From positions 32,001-96,000 of the IMG/VR virus record IMGVR_UViG_3300019371_000265: a stretch of DNA of 64,000 nt; one strand, written 5' to 3'. Positions 19,596 through 28,775 of the stretch are shown one piece after another (positions within the stretch are counted from its first letter, which is position 1; every line of letters begins with the position of its first letter). Both the position numbers and the translations under genes were made by a program. The notes under the pieces were generated by a model that was not told the DNA's origin, made no database searches, and saw only the letters and a program-made list of their open reading frames with translations. Source of the stretch: a virus. Taxonomy: Duplodnaviria; Caudoviricetes.

Positions 19596-19953
19596 GTTGT
19601 GTACCGTCCTTTTCGTTTTCTTCTTATTATATCATGCTGCATTAAAGCTGTGCCACTAATTATTACACTTTTCTCTGATTTACGGTGATACATGCTCCGT
19701 GATCTGTTCTGCAAAATTGATCATGTGTTTTACCTCCTGTCCGTCGAATACAACTTTTACTTACTATCCGCTTCTTCAATCTCTGAATCAACCCTAAAAT
19801 TCATCGTTAATTCCATTTGCTTTTGATTCTCCATTTTTATCAGAGCATATACCTCTGCTACCTCCTGACATGTAGTGCAATCTGCATATGCATCTTGGAT
19901 TTTTACTATTAAATCTTCCACCTGATTATCCTCCTTTTAATTAAATCTCATTT

Positions 19954-20322
19954 TTATTTATTCATATCTTCAATTACTTTCCAGTTGATCTGTTTAAAAA
20001 TTTCATCGGTAAACTCTTCTGCTTCTTCTTTCCAAACACAATAATTTGACTCGCAATGTTCATCAAGGTCATCTCCCCAATCTGAATACCAGTCATTCCA
20101 TTCGCCAGTCTCTTCATCATATTCTTGTAATCCTCCTGCATTAGTATAATCTGGCTTCACTCTGTGTTGCAGTTGAAAGGCATCGTATGCTGCCAATGTG
20201 TCAAGAACTTTCTTTCCTTCTAATACAGAACTAACAGGTACATAAAAAGATTCCATTGGTACCTGTGGAATCCACCATACTCTTAATTTACTCATAATAT
20301 TTATTCTCCTTTTCACTGTCAA
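19954..20322 (-). CDS. Gp17-like superinfection exclusion protein (likely start MSKLR)
   Basis: KLRVWWIPQVPM..F.VPV.S..EG....DTLAAYD.FQ....KPDY.N.GGL. Confidence 0.7.
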   Translation of the reverse strand: MTVKRRINIMSKLRVWWIPQVPMESFYVPVSSVLEGKKVLDTLAAYDAFQLQHRVKPDYTNAGGLQEYDEETGEWNDWYSDWGDDLDEHCESNYCVWKEEAEEFTDEIFKQINWKVIEDMNK

Positions 20323-20507
20323 ATGTGAGTTCTCTTGACTTTACTCAAAGTCTATTACGAAAGTAATTTTCGCGTTCTCTGGGATATGATTAACAATATC
20401 ATCTAACCATGTACCCATTGGATCACCATTTTCATCTTTTTCTGTTTCAATGAATATTAATCGTTCGCCTTTATGTAACCTACCTTCTACAACGTATCTA
20501 CCTTTAC

Positions 20508-20939
20508 TCATATTATACAACCCTCCACTCCCAATACTGCTTTCTCAATCCGTTCCCACTCTTCCGCAGGTATACCACCACAATCATACTTTTCCTGTAA
20601 ATTGTAATAACACTGACGTAAATATCTATCATTATACCAACCCTCGAATAGTTCGTCATGCGGGACTGTTCTGTGATTATCGCATAGCCGATAGACTTTA
20701 TCTAATACGCTTTCAGATGTTCTCATTCCCCTTTTCTTACGTTCTGTATAGATTAACTCTGCGTATGTAGTTAAGTGGTCATATGGGTATAATATGGACT
20801 TATTAACCAGTAAATGATTTGGAGTTCCATTTAATAATATACTTCCTGCAATAGCTGATACTTCGCTCCACTGTCCTTTCAATTGCTGTGTTGGTAACGC
20901 TGGAATTAAATCCTTGTGCCATAATCGCATTGATAACAC
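20508..20939 (-). CDS. Pyrimidine-dimer DNA glycosylase / endonuclease V family
   Basis: MRLWHKDLIPALPxQQLxGQWxE signature. Confidence 0.8.
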   Translation of the reverse strand: MLSMRLWHKDLIPALPTQQLKGQWSEVSAIAGSILLNGTPNHLLVNKSILYPYDHLTTYAELIYTERKKRGMRTSESVLDKVYRLCDNHRTVPHDELFEGWYNDRYLRQCYYNLQEKYDCGGIPAEEWERIEKAVLGVEGCII

Positions 20940-20945
20940 CTCCGT

Positions 20946-21320
20946 TTATTTACTGTTGATAGATTCCAATTTCCTAGTCAATTCTTTTTCGGTATAGTCA
21001 AGAATCGTCCTTGCCTGTCTAATTCTTGATAATTGAAACTCTACGTCTCTTTGTAATTCAATGCCGTAAGTTTTGCTCAAGTCTGACATTAAATTCTGAC
21101 CACATAAATATAATTTGGATTCGTCTGCGTGATAAGATGGTGCTAGTTGAACATTATTTCCTGCATTACCCACATAGTAAGTATAGATTCCGCATCTATC
21201 ACTTGATCCATTATGGCAACCGCACATCGCATCTCTAATTGATTCAACGAATTTTTTCGGATTCTCTTCTATGCCATGAAATCCATCATTCAGTATAGTA
21301 ACTGTTGTCATATATCCCAT
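20946..21320 (-). CDS. Hypothetical phage protein
   Basis: MGYMTTVTILND; RBS. Confidence 0.7.
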   Translation of the reverse strand: MGYMTTVTILNDGFHGIEENPKKFVESIRDAMCGCHNGSSDRCGIYTYYVGNAGNNVQLAPSYHADESKLYLCGQNLMSDLSKTYGIELQRDVEFQLSRIRQARTILDYTEKELTRKLESINSK

Positions 21321-21355
21321 TATTTCACCCCTTCATTCACTGTAAAATATCTCTT

Positions 21356-21574
21356 TTAATCACACATTTCGTCAACTTTAGTTTTTATATCGTTTCTATA
21401 TTTTTCCCAGAAATTAATTTCACAATTAGAGCAATCGTCACAATTGTGTGCTTCTCTTGATTCTCCTTCAATATAAAAATATGCATATGGACAATGCCCT
21501 TGCGGTACTTTTAATTTTGCATTTAATACATGTAAATTCAATATGATTTCTTTTAATTCTTCTCTGGTTTTCAT
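21356..21574 (-). CDS. Small Cys-rich protein
   Basis: Bounded by repeat sites. Confidence 0.65.
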   Translation of the reverse strand: MKTREELKEIILNLHVLNAKLKVPQGHCPYAYFYIEGESREAHNCDDCSNCEINFWEKYRNDIKTKVDEMCD

Positions 21575-21599
21575 TTATCCTCCTTATCAAATCACGCTT

Positions 21600-21788
21600 T
21601 TATGCACAAAAATTCGCCAATTTAATATCTGACATATATCGAGTTTCTCTTGTATTCTCTACGTCATACGTGTATCCCTTTTTAATCATGACTGCCTGTG
21701 CGAGAATGTTTGCTTCCTTTTCGTTGAACGCAACGGTGAATACAGTCAGTTCATTTGTAAATGTAACGATATAATATTTTTTAATCAT
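21600..21788 (-). CDS. Hypothetical protein
   Basis: Bounded by repeat sites. Confidence 0.65.
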   Translation of the reverse strand: MIKKYYIVTFTNELTVFTVAFNEKEANILAQAVMIKKGYTYDVENTRETRYMSDIKLANFCA

Positions 21789-21826
21789 GATGTTTTATCC
21801 ATTCCTTTCCCTGTCAAATCCTACAT

Positions 21827-22060
21827 TTACGCTATTAATTCACACATAAATAAATCGAAATCATCAAACATAATCTGTTCTTCTAATGCGCATTCATAGT
21901 ATAAGTCATATAAAATCCTGTCGCATTCTGCCGTATCGACATCTATATTGCAAACGAAACACAAAGTAGTGAATAAAGCCCTTGTTTGTTCTGGTATTTT
22001 GTAATCCCAACTATTTTCGATTAAGAAATCATGTAAATATATCATAAGTTTTTCTTTCAT
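21827..22060 (-). CDS. Hypothetical protein
   Basis: Bounded by repeat sites. Confidence 0.65.
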   Translation of the reverse strand: MKEKLMIYLHDFLIENSWDYKIPEQTRALFTTLCFVCNIDVDTAECDRILYDLYYECALEEQIMFDDFDLFMCELIA

Positions 22061-22307
22061 TTATTATTTCCTCTCTTCTCTATCCAATTTTGTATTGACA
22101 ATTTTATAATTCATTTAATCCATCTATATATTTTTCACAATCCTCTTTTGAACCTCTGTAATAAACCGCGTCACTATCTGGATTATATTCATCTTTTCTA
22201 ACAGGGAACGCATATATTCCGTCATATCCACATCTTGCAACTACAAGATAAATTTCATGCTCCATATTGTTTTCTCTCCTTCTCTATAAAAGACTTCTTT
22301 GACTGTT

Positions 22308-22523
22308 CTATTGATTATTACACATCTCTATAAACTGTTCTGTACTCATGGAATTTTCCCACCACTCAACCACCGGAGGATAGCTGTTCTTTCTTTTTCG
22401 GCTGTTTAAATATTTTGTTAGCTGCTTATCGAAATCTCGTAGCTGCTCCGATAAAAATGATGCCCGGATTAATTCAAAATCCTTACATTGTTCTAACTCT
22501 GGATACCGATCCATATGACGCAC
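22308..22523 (-). CDS. Hypothetical protein
   Basis: ORF track. Confidence 0.55.
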   Translation of the reverse strand: MRHMDRYPELEQCKDFELIRASFLSEQLRDFDKQLTKYLNSRKRKNSYPPVVEWWENSMSTEQFIEMCNNQ

Positions 22524-22828
22524 CCCCGTGTTAAGCTGTTTTAGCTACCAAGCACTCTCCAAACATTTCCATATACTCTACTTCCGTCATGATGCAAGCT
22601 GCCAATTCTGTTCTATAAATTACGTATCTGATTCCTCTTGAAATAAATGTTTCTGGTTTTGTATTCTTCATGTCTGATCTCTCCCATTCTGATTGTTTAA
22701 ATCTTGTTTTTACTCTGCCATGAGTTTATAAATAGTTTCGTTTAATTCATTAAATCCGCAGAATACCATTTCACCTGTAGTAGTATTAGTAAGACAATAT
22801 CCGTATGTATATGTAGTAATTGAGAATC

Positions 22829-23152
22829 TCATAGAAACAATTTCCTCCATTCTATCTGTTTGAATAGAACCACACTCACAACCCACGTAATAGCCGTTAT
22901 ACCGCCGTTACCGTCCCGATATGATATAAAGTATGGTATAAAAAAAGAAAGCCCAATTAAGGCGCTTCCTACGGTTAAACGGAGTTTGTTAAGTTGCTTT
23001 GTTTTGCCGTTATGTGTTTCTGATCCGTAATTGTACGTATCATCATAAGTCCTTACTACATTAATCATTTTTTTACCTCCCGATTGCACAATAAATTTTA
23101 AAATTGCAGGTACACCAGATAACACAGGCGGTAATATAAATCGTGAATCCAA
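22829..23152 (-). CDS. Small membrane protein (likely start MINVV)
   Basis: Two TM segments; GGAGG before internal ATG. Confidence 0.55.
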   Translation of the reverse strand: MDSRFILPPVLSGVPAILKFIVQSGGKKMINVVRTYDDTYNYGSETHNGKTKQLNKLRLTVGSALIGLSFFIPYFISYRDGNGGITAITWVVSVVLFKQIEWRKLFL

Positions 23153-23297
23153 TTAGTGAAAACAGTCCGCTTAAACATGTACCAATTCCCATCATCAACA
23201 ATATTAAAAGTGCAATAATATTTGTTACTATAAATAATTTTCTCGACATAAGACTTCCTCCTATTCACCGTAAAATGTGCTTTTTATCCGGTTGTAA

Positions 23298-23621
23298 TTA
23301 ACCCAGCATTACCATTGCAACCTCTCCAGTATAAGCTAAATTATTTGGATAAAACACCCTTGCTGTTTTATCGTTCTCCCATATAACTCCAAGATTATTT
23401 TCTTGAATTAATTTTTTGCGTTCCTCTTTTGTTAATTCATAAGAATATGCTTCACAATTTCTTTTTTCAATTAATCCACTTTCAAGTAACTCCGTTATAG
23501 ACTCTTTTAAAAATCCTAATTCTTTTATATATGAATATTCTATACTACCACTATACATATATCCATTATTTATATATTCATTTTTAAATATTTCATACAA
23601 CTTAGTTGCATCAATGCTCAT
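23298..23621 (-). CDS. Hypothetical protein (possible winged helix)
   Basis: Bounded by repeat sites. Confidence 0.65.
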   Translation of the reverse strand: MSIDATKLYEIFKNEYINNGYMYSGSIEYSYIKELGFLKESITELLESGLIEKRNCEAYSYELTKEERKKLIQENNLGVIWENDKTARVFYPNNLAYTGEVAMVMLG

Positions 23622-23672
23622 AAATATCCTCTCTTTCTGCTATACAAAAGCTATAAAATCTATTCTTTATCG

Positions 23673-23879
23673 TCATATTGTTCTATAAAACTGTCTCGCA
23701 TCTCTACTATAACCGAACCTTTTTGATTCCGTCCATGAATTACTATACTTATCAAAATACGAAACATACCAACTAATAGGATTAAAATGCGTTCCAAATC
23801 TATCTGTTACAATCTCGTAAATTTGATACAGTGTTTTGGTTTTACATTGCATTAATGTTTTTGTTCCTAAATTCATCAT
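23673..23879 (-). CDS. Hypothetical protein
   Basis: Bounded by repeat sites. Confidence 0.6.
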   Translation of the reverse strand: MMNLGTKTLMQCKTKTLYQIYEIVTDRFGTHFNPISWYVSYFDKYSNSWTESKRFGYSRDARQFYRTI

Positions 23880-23914
23880 AATAACCTCCTTAATAAGTCT
23901 TTAAAATTACAATT

Positions 23915-24124
23915 TCACAGTGTATCAATATAGTTGTGCATACGTTCCTTCACTTCATCTATTTGATCGCTTAATTCTTTAAGTGGCTGTTGTTTTGCCT
24001 CTTCTGAAATTTCCATTCTTTTAATAATATTGATATCAGTTTTAATAGTGTCATACTCAAACTTTAATGATTCGAATGTATTTCTCTTTTGATTATCGTA
24101 ATTACAAAGGCATTTTGGATTCAT
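23915..24124 (-). CDS. Small coiled-coil protein
   Basis: Bounded by repeat sites. Confidence 0.6.
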   Translation of the reverse strand: MNPKCLCNYDNQKRNTFESLKFEYDTIKTDINIIKRMEISEEAKQQPLKELSDQIDEVKERMHNYIDTL

Positions 24125-24195
24125 ATTATATTCCTCTCTGACTTAAAAGTCCGTAAAACTTACTATTGAGTGTGTTTTATCATTTTTACGGTTCC

Positions 24196-24786
24196 TTAAA
24201 CTAATAGCAATGCTTCTCTTCTGTTTGTGTCTTTGAGATTGTGAAAATTCGGCTTCATATTGCCTATATAAGTTGAACCAATCGGAGCAGTACAATAACC
24301 TAAATTAATCCAGCCTTCTGGCATTTCCGTCATAACTTCGATTTTTCTTTTTTCTGCAAATTCCCTAACTTTTCTAACCTTTTCTTCTGTAGCTGTTTCA
24401 CCTACGGCACTGGAGAATAATCTAAATGTTTCATCAATTAATTTTTCCTTGTTTTCTTCAGTTGCTTCATACATCCAGTCAAAATTTATAACTGCTCTTT
24501 TGCCATCATCGGAACGCTTACTTTGAGGATTGTACATAATCCAACATCTTCCTTCTGTATCTGTTACATAGGTTGAAATACACCAATATGTTTCTAATAC
24601 TTTGTCGGTCATTCCAGATTTATACCATAATACAGGGAGTGCGTGACTTCCTCCACAATTGGTACACAATGATAGTTCAATTGTAAGTGTTTCACCTTTA
24701 GCGTTTGGTTCTGCAAATTTATACCACCATACTTTTTCCGCTGACTGTTCAACCGTGTATTCTTTTCTCATGATAATTACCTCCAT
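24196..24786 (-). CDS. Hypothetical protein
   Basis: ORF; GGAGG RBS before MRKE. Confidence 0.7.
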   Translation of the reverse strand: MEVIIMRKEYTVEQSAEKVWWYKFAEPNAKGETLTIELSLCTNCGGSHALPVLWYKSGMTDKVLETYWCISTYVTDTEGRCWIMYNPQSKRSDDGKRAVINFDWMYEATEENKEKLIDETFRLFSSAVGETATEEKVRKVREFAEKRKIEVMTEMPEGWINLGYCTAPIGSTYIGNMKPNFHNLKDTNRREALLLV

Positions 24787-24882
24787 TTAATTTAATTGGT
24801 TTATTCCCACTATAAAAGCCACTAGAAACTTGTTCTAATGGCTTCAAACTGTTAATCAAAGTACTATTTGACCGTAATTATG

Positions 24883-25158
24883 TTATATTACGCAGACACC
24901 ATATAAACGAAGCTGAATTCCGTTTATTTTGATATCGATGTCTAATAAATCATCTTCTGTTTTAGAAATATAATTTATTAAATATTCAAATTGATTCCTA
25001 TAAATATCTGCTATATCTTCTTGATCCTGAGTAATGTGTTTCCGGTAAGAGTCTCCAACAATTCGGTCAATACAATCTCTCTTTTTAATTGCCAGATTTA
25101 TTTTTCTTGCTAACTTATTGTGCTGTGTAATAAGTGTTCTCAATTCTTTTTCGTTCAT
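24883..25158 (-). CDS. Hypothetical protein
   Basis: AAGGAGG RBS. Confidence 0.65.
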   Translation of the reverse strand: MNEKELRTLITQHNKLARKINLAIKKRDCIDRIVGDSYRKHITQDQEDIADIYRNQFEYLINYISKTEDDLLDIDIKINGIQLRLYGVCVI

Positions 25159-25224
25159 TGCTTAACGCCTCCTTGTTTTTAATATAAAAGGCTCACACCC
25201 TATGAAAAGTATAAGCCCTGTTTA

Positions 25225-26013
25225 TTATTCACTATATGACCATTTCTGGACGTATTTCACCGCACCATCATATGCCGCTGGATTTAAGTCTTGCCAATGA
25301 CTACCACACTCAAAACGTGCTTTTAAGCCGTTCCATAAGTTAATGAAGTACATTCTTGAATTGTCTTTGTATTCCTGTGAATGTGCACCACCCAAAAGGA
25401 ATCCGACTCTATCTTTTGCAAGACGGTGAATTTTGTTCTGCTGAACCGTTGTGAGCGTCATGTTTGACATTACTTTGTCAAGCCGTGTTTTCGTCTGTTC
25501 GAATATTTCAAGCTGTTTTTCAATCATGGATTCCATGTTATTGATTTGAACGCCTTGTACTTTTACAATATCCTGCAATTTTGCAATCTGTCCGGATATT
25601 CCCATTTTGTCATAAAATTCTTGTTTCTTCTCTTCTGTTCCCATGAAATGCTCATGTAGAACCTTTTGTGCTTCCATTTGATAACGAATCAGTTTATTAT
25701 AAGCCTCTGGCTGTTCTTCTTCCATTCTATCTGTTAGCGTGATTTTAGCTAGCCATAAAGTAACAACCTGTTCTTTAATGAAAATCTGATCTCGACTTAC
25801 ATCTCTGTTTCCTTCTTTTTGAACAATCGCCAATGAGCGACAGTTGGATTTCAAAAGTTTTTCCTTTTGAATATTTTCGACCTGCTTTCTTGCCTGACCT
25901 TCAGATAATCCTAAGTCTAAACAAGTTTTCTTTACCGCAAGCCACACCTGACCATCTTCGTCCATCACTCCAAGTAATGTGTCTTCATAAAATTGGATTT
26001 CTTTTACTTCCAT
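25225..26013 (-). CDS. Antirepressor (P22 Ant N-terminal-like + ORF6C C-terminal domain)
   Basis: FYEDTL...WLAVKKTCLDLGL...LWLAKI; LTTVQQ..I...V...LGG...LW..LK.RF. Confidence 0.75.
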   Translation of the reverse strand: MEVKEIQFYEDTLLGVMDEDGQVWLAVKKTCLDLGLSEGQARKQVENIQKEKLLKSNCRSLAIVQKEGNRDVSRDQIFIKEQVVTLWLAKITLTDRMEEEQPEAYNKLIRYQMEAQKVLHEHFMGTEEKKQEFYDKMGISGQIAKLQDIVKVQGVQINNMESMIEKQLEIFEQTKTRLDKVMSNMTLTTVQQNKIHRLAKDRVGFLLGGAHSQEYKDNSRMYFINLWNGLKARFECGSHWQDLNPAAYDGAVKYVQKWSYSE

Positions 26014-26180
26014 TCTTACAATCTCCTTTTAAATTTTATTTGTCAATGGCATTATATATGGGTTTTATCACCATATCTGCACGCATACCATCAAGAGCAT
26101 TTCAGCCCATCACGTCAACCGTTTCGGTGTGTCAACCTTTTATGTGATTTTCAGTGTGCAATTTTGTAAGGGATTTCCGA

Positions 26181-26287
26181 TTGACTTAATTCAGAGAATT
26201 GATATAATAGAAGTAAGTCAACGTGTTAAACGTTTGGCGGCGTGGATAGCGGTTTCTGTTCTTGGTCGGATGGAACCGCTATTTTTA
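26181..26287 (+). ncRNA. Putative short antisense RNA with promoter and terminator upstream of antirepressor
   Basis: TTGACT-16-TATAAT (TGn); hairpin acgt-ttggcg-gcgt; terminator atagcggtttc...gaaccgctat-ttttt. Confidence 0.5.
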
Positions 26288-26470
26288 ATCCTTATCCTGC
26301 TGAGATATTTTGTAAGAAATTTCTTTCTTAATTTGAATGTCTCCACTTGAAAAACCTTCCATCAATGTTTCCAATGCTTCATTGATTTTAAAGCCTTGTT
26401 CCTTACAAGCGGTTTTAAATTCTTCTTGTATTGTTTCTTCAACAGGAGTTGCAAAAGTTTTTCTCGCCAT
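26285..26470 (-). CDS. Ribbon-helix-helix DNA-binding protein
   Basis: MARKTFATPVEETIQEEFKxACKxQGxKINExLE; perfect TTGACA-17-TATAAT promoter at 26523-26495. Confidence 0.7.
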   Translation of the reverse strand: MARKTFATPVEETIQEEFKTACKEQGFKINEALETLMEGFSSGDIQIKKEISYKISQQDKD

Positions 26471-26572
26471 TGCTATATCTCCTTTACATTTACTATTATA
26501 TATCATATATACTAATTTGTCAATTAGCTTTTTGCATTTTTTATAATTATTTTTCTATGTAAAATATTGATT

Positions 26573-26857
26573 TTACTTGCTTAATTCTAATATATTTCTT
26601 TGTTGCAAAAAGTACTGTTTTTCTTCTTCTGATATCTTATAAGATCCACTGTATCCGTCTGTTATTACATCGTAATATTGAATAGGATCAAATAGATTTG
26701 TATTAGTATTCCTACTTTGTTTTTGTTTAATGTAAAAGTCGCTTGTTGCAACAAAATAATCAAGTGCATACTTCACAGTAACACCTTCTATAAACCATTT
26801 TGAGTGTACAAAACGTTTATCTAAAAAACACTTTTTCATTGTCATTTTACCTCCCAT
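26573..26857 (-). CDS. Hypothetical protein
   Basis: Stop inside repeat site. Confidence 0.6.
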   Translation of the reverse strand: MGGKMTMKKCFLDKRFVHSKWFIEGVTVKYALDYFVATSDFYIKQKQSRNTNTNLFDPIQYYDVITDGYSGSYKISEEEKQYFLQQRNILELSK

Positions 26858-27087
26858 TTCTCGAAAACATAACCGTTATCTTCCAAAAATTTTTCTGCAT
26901 CGGATTTTTTATTGAACGATTTGCTAAATGTAAATGGTTTATCAGATGCTAGATAGCCTACGACTTTTTCGTTCTCATTTAAAAAATATACACTATACGA
27001 AACATTGTACAGTGCTTTGTGAGTTATGTTTGATTTACCAGAATATACCTTCCCTTTTCTTGTTGCTATTATCCTTCCAAATATCAC
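26842..27087 (-). CDS. Hypothetical protein
   Basis: GGAGG RBS. Confidence 0.6.
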   Translation of the reverse strand: MIFGRIIATRKGKVYSGKSNITHKALYNVSYSVYFLNENEKVVGYLASDKPFTFSKSFNKKSDAEKFLEDNGYVFEKWEVK

Positions 27088-27177
27088 TTTGAAAACCCTC
27101 CATTAAAAATACGGTGAAATTGATAGATTAATTATATGCTCATAAAATATAACGGTCAAAGAATAGTTCTACTGCCA

Positions 27178-27396
27178 TTATCCAAAAGTGTAATTTTTCT
27201 CAAAATCAATTGTAAAATTTAATGTAATATCATTTCTTTCAATTTGGTGTTCTTTTACTTCACTGATAAAAGTTATTTCCGTTTCAGGATTCATACTGTT
27301 TTTAAAAATCTCCATAGCTTCCTGTTTTGTGATTGCTTTAATATATAGCCAACGGTTTCTATCATTGTATATATAGTAAACCCTATATATATTCAT
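27178..27396 (-). CDS. Hypothetical protein
   Basis: GGAGG RBS. Confidence 0.6.
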   Translation of the reverse strand: MNIYRVYYIYNDRNRWLYIKAITKQEAMEIFKNSMNPETEITFISEVKEHQIERNDITLNFTIDFEKNYTFG

Positions 27397-27398
27397 AT

Positions 27399-27683
27399 TT
27401 AGTCCTCCATAACTTTAATTAATTTATAGGTGCAATTAATAAATGTGAAACCATTATCAAAATATTTTATGCTATTTTCGTTCTGTTCTGATATGTCTAA
27501 GGTTGCCGTTTGTGTTCCGTCAAAGAATACAATATTATGTGTATTTACTTTGTGTAACACTCTTGAAAACGTTCCGTCATTCAGGCTGTTTGTGCGGGTT
27601 AATTCAAATATTGCCTTACCTTGTAACTGTCTTAACTGCTTTTTTAATTCTTTAAAATTAGTTGCATTTATGAATACCTTCAT
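27399..27683 (-). CDS. Hypothetical protein
   Basis: RBS after repeat site. Confidence 0.65.
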   Translation of the reverse strand: MKVFINATNFKELKKQLRQLQGKAIFELTRTNSLNDGTFSRVLHKVNTHNIVFFDGTQTATLDISEQNENSIKYFDNGFTFINCTYKLIKVMED

Positions 27684-27771
27684 TGTTTCTCCCCCTCCGT
27701 CAAATAATCGATTGATAGTGTTCTATAATGCTAAATCAGTCTACAGCCTGTGACAGCCATAGACCGAAAAT

Positions 27772-28431
27772 CTAAGCTACATTCTCACATTGACTTCTTA
27801 TTACTTTTTTCCCATTACCGTTTGACTCCATTCTTACTGGGAGAATGCAACAAATCCCAATTGATGTTTGAATGAAAATAGGACTTGTTTCTTTTCCGGA
27901 GTAATAGATTTCAGCTTCTTCCCCATCATTGATAATACTAAAAGCCTGTTCTAAAATTCCAAACTTAAAATATGCGTTTTCAAAATACCACACATATGAA
28001 AAATCATTTCCAGATCCGACTTCCTTCTTATTGAATTTATAGCCTTGGCTTTTTGCTTCTGCTAAAACTGTATTGAGATTTATCATTTTATTTTTATATC
28101 CAGAATAAGAAAGAAGTTTGTCAACTTTGTAATAGTTGTCATTCGAATTATCATACTCGGCAATTTCCCCGATAGATTCTTTTGTTAAGGCGATAGAATA
28201 TCCATCAATAAATGAGTAATAATCCTCGCCTTGATAATTTATCTTACAAGGTTTCTGTAAAGATTCGTTGGTATTTTCTTGAAACTTGAAATATTTCTTC
28301 ATGGCTGCATAGCGCTTTTTTGCATCAGGAATAGTTTTTATTCCATCTTGAAATATTTCATCCTGAAGCATGGTTTTTAGTTCTTCCGTTTTACCACTGT
28401 TTAGCATTTCTAATATTTTTGTGTTCTGCAT
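27772..28431 (-). CDS. Hypothetical protein, C-terminus reminiscent of a sliding-clamp domain
   Basis: FIDGYSIAL...SPIFI...ILPVR. Confidence 0.55.
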   Translation of the reverse strand: MQNTKILEMLNSGKTEELKTMLQDEIFQDGIKTIPDAKKRYAAMKKYFKFQENTNESLQKPCKINYQGEDYYSFIDGYSIALTKESIGEIAEYDNSNDNYYKVDKLLSYSGYKNKMINLNTVLAEAKSQGYKFNKKEVGSGNDFSYVWYFENAYFKFGILEQAFSIINDGEEAEIYYSGKETSPIFIQTSIGICCILPVRMESNGNGKKVIRSQCENVA

Positions 28432-28513
28432 TTATATATCCTCCATAATTTAATTTGTTTTACTAAAATAGGCTTATATCCTGTGACGGATACAAGCCCG
28501 TAAAATTCGGTTT

Positions 28514-28747
28514 TTATCTGATATTCACCGATACCCATCTTTTTGCAGAAGCTAATGATTTGCAAGTTTTTACAATTATTATTGAACTATCATTTTCTCC
28601 TTTGTCATATTCTATTTCAAATCCATCATTCGATTCTGATATCCAGACGTATTTACCATATCTTTCACTATTAATTTCTTTTACCCAACTAGTAGGTGTT
28701 CCCCATTCAGTATCACAATCGTGAACTATTTCCCATGTTTTTTTCAT
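28514..28747 (-). CDS. Hypothetical phage protein
   Basis: Bounded by repeat sites. Confidence 0.65.
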   Translation of the reverse strand: MKKTWEIVHDCDTEWGTPTSWVKEINSERYGKYVWISESNDGFEIEYDKGENDSSIIIVKTCKSLASAKRWVSVNIR

Positions 28748-28775
28748 TCTGATTCCTCCTCATAAAATGGATATT

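Noticed and set aside
20318-20339. Cassette site with 12-bp spacer (gtcaa-N12-ttgac)
   Set aside because: Probably a mutated copy, but off-spacing, so not counted
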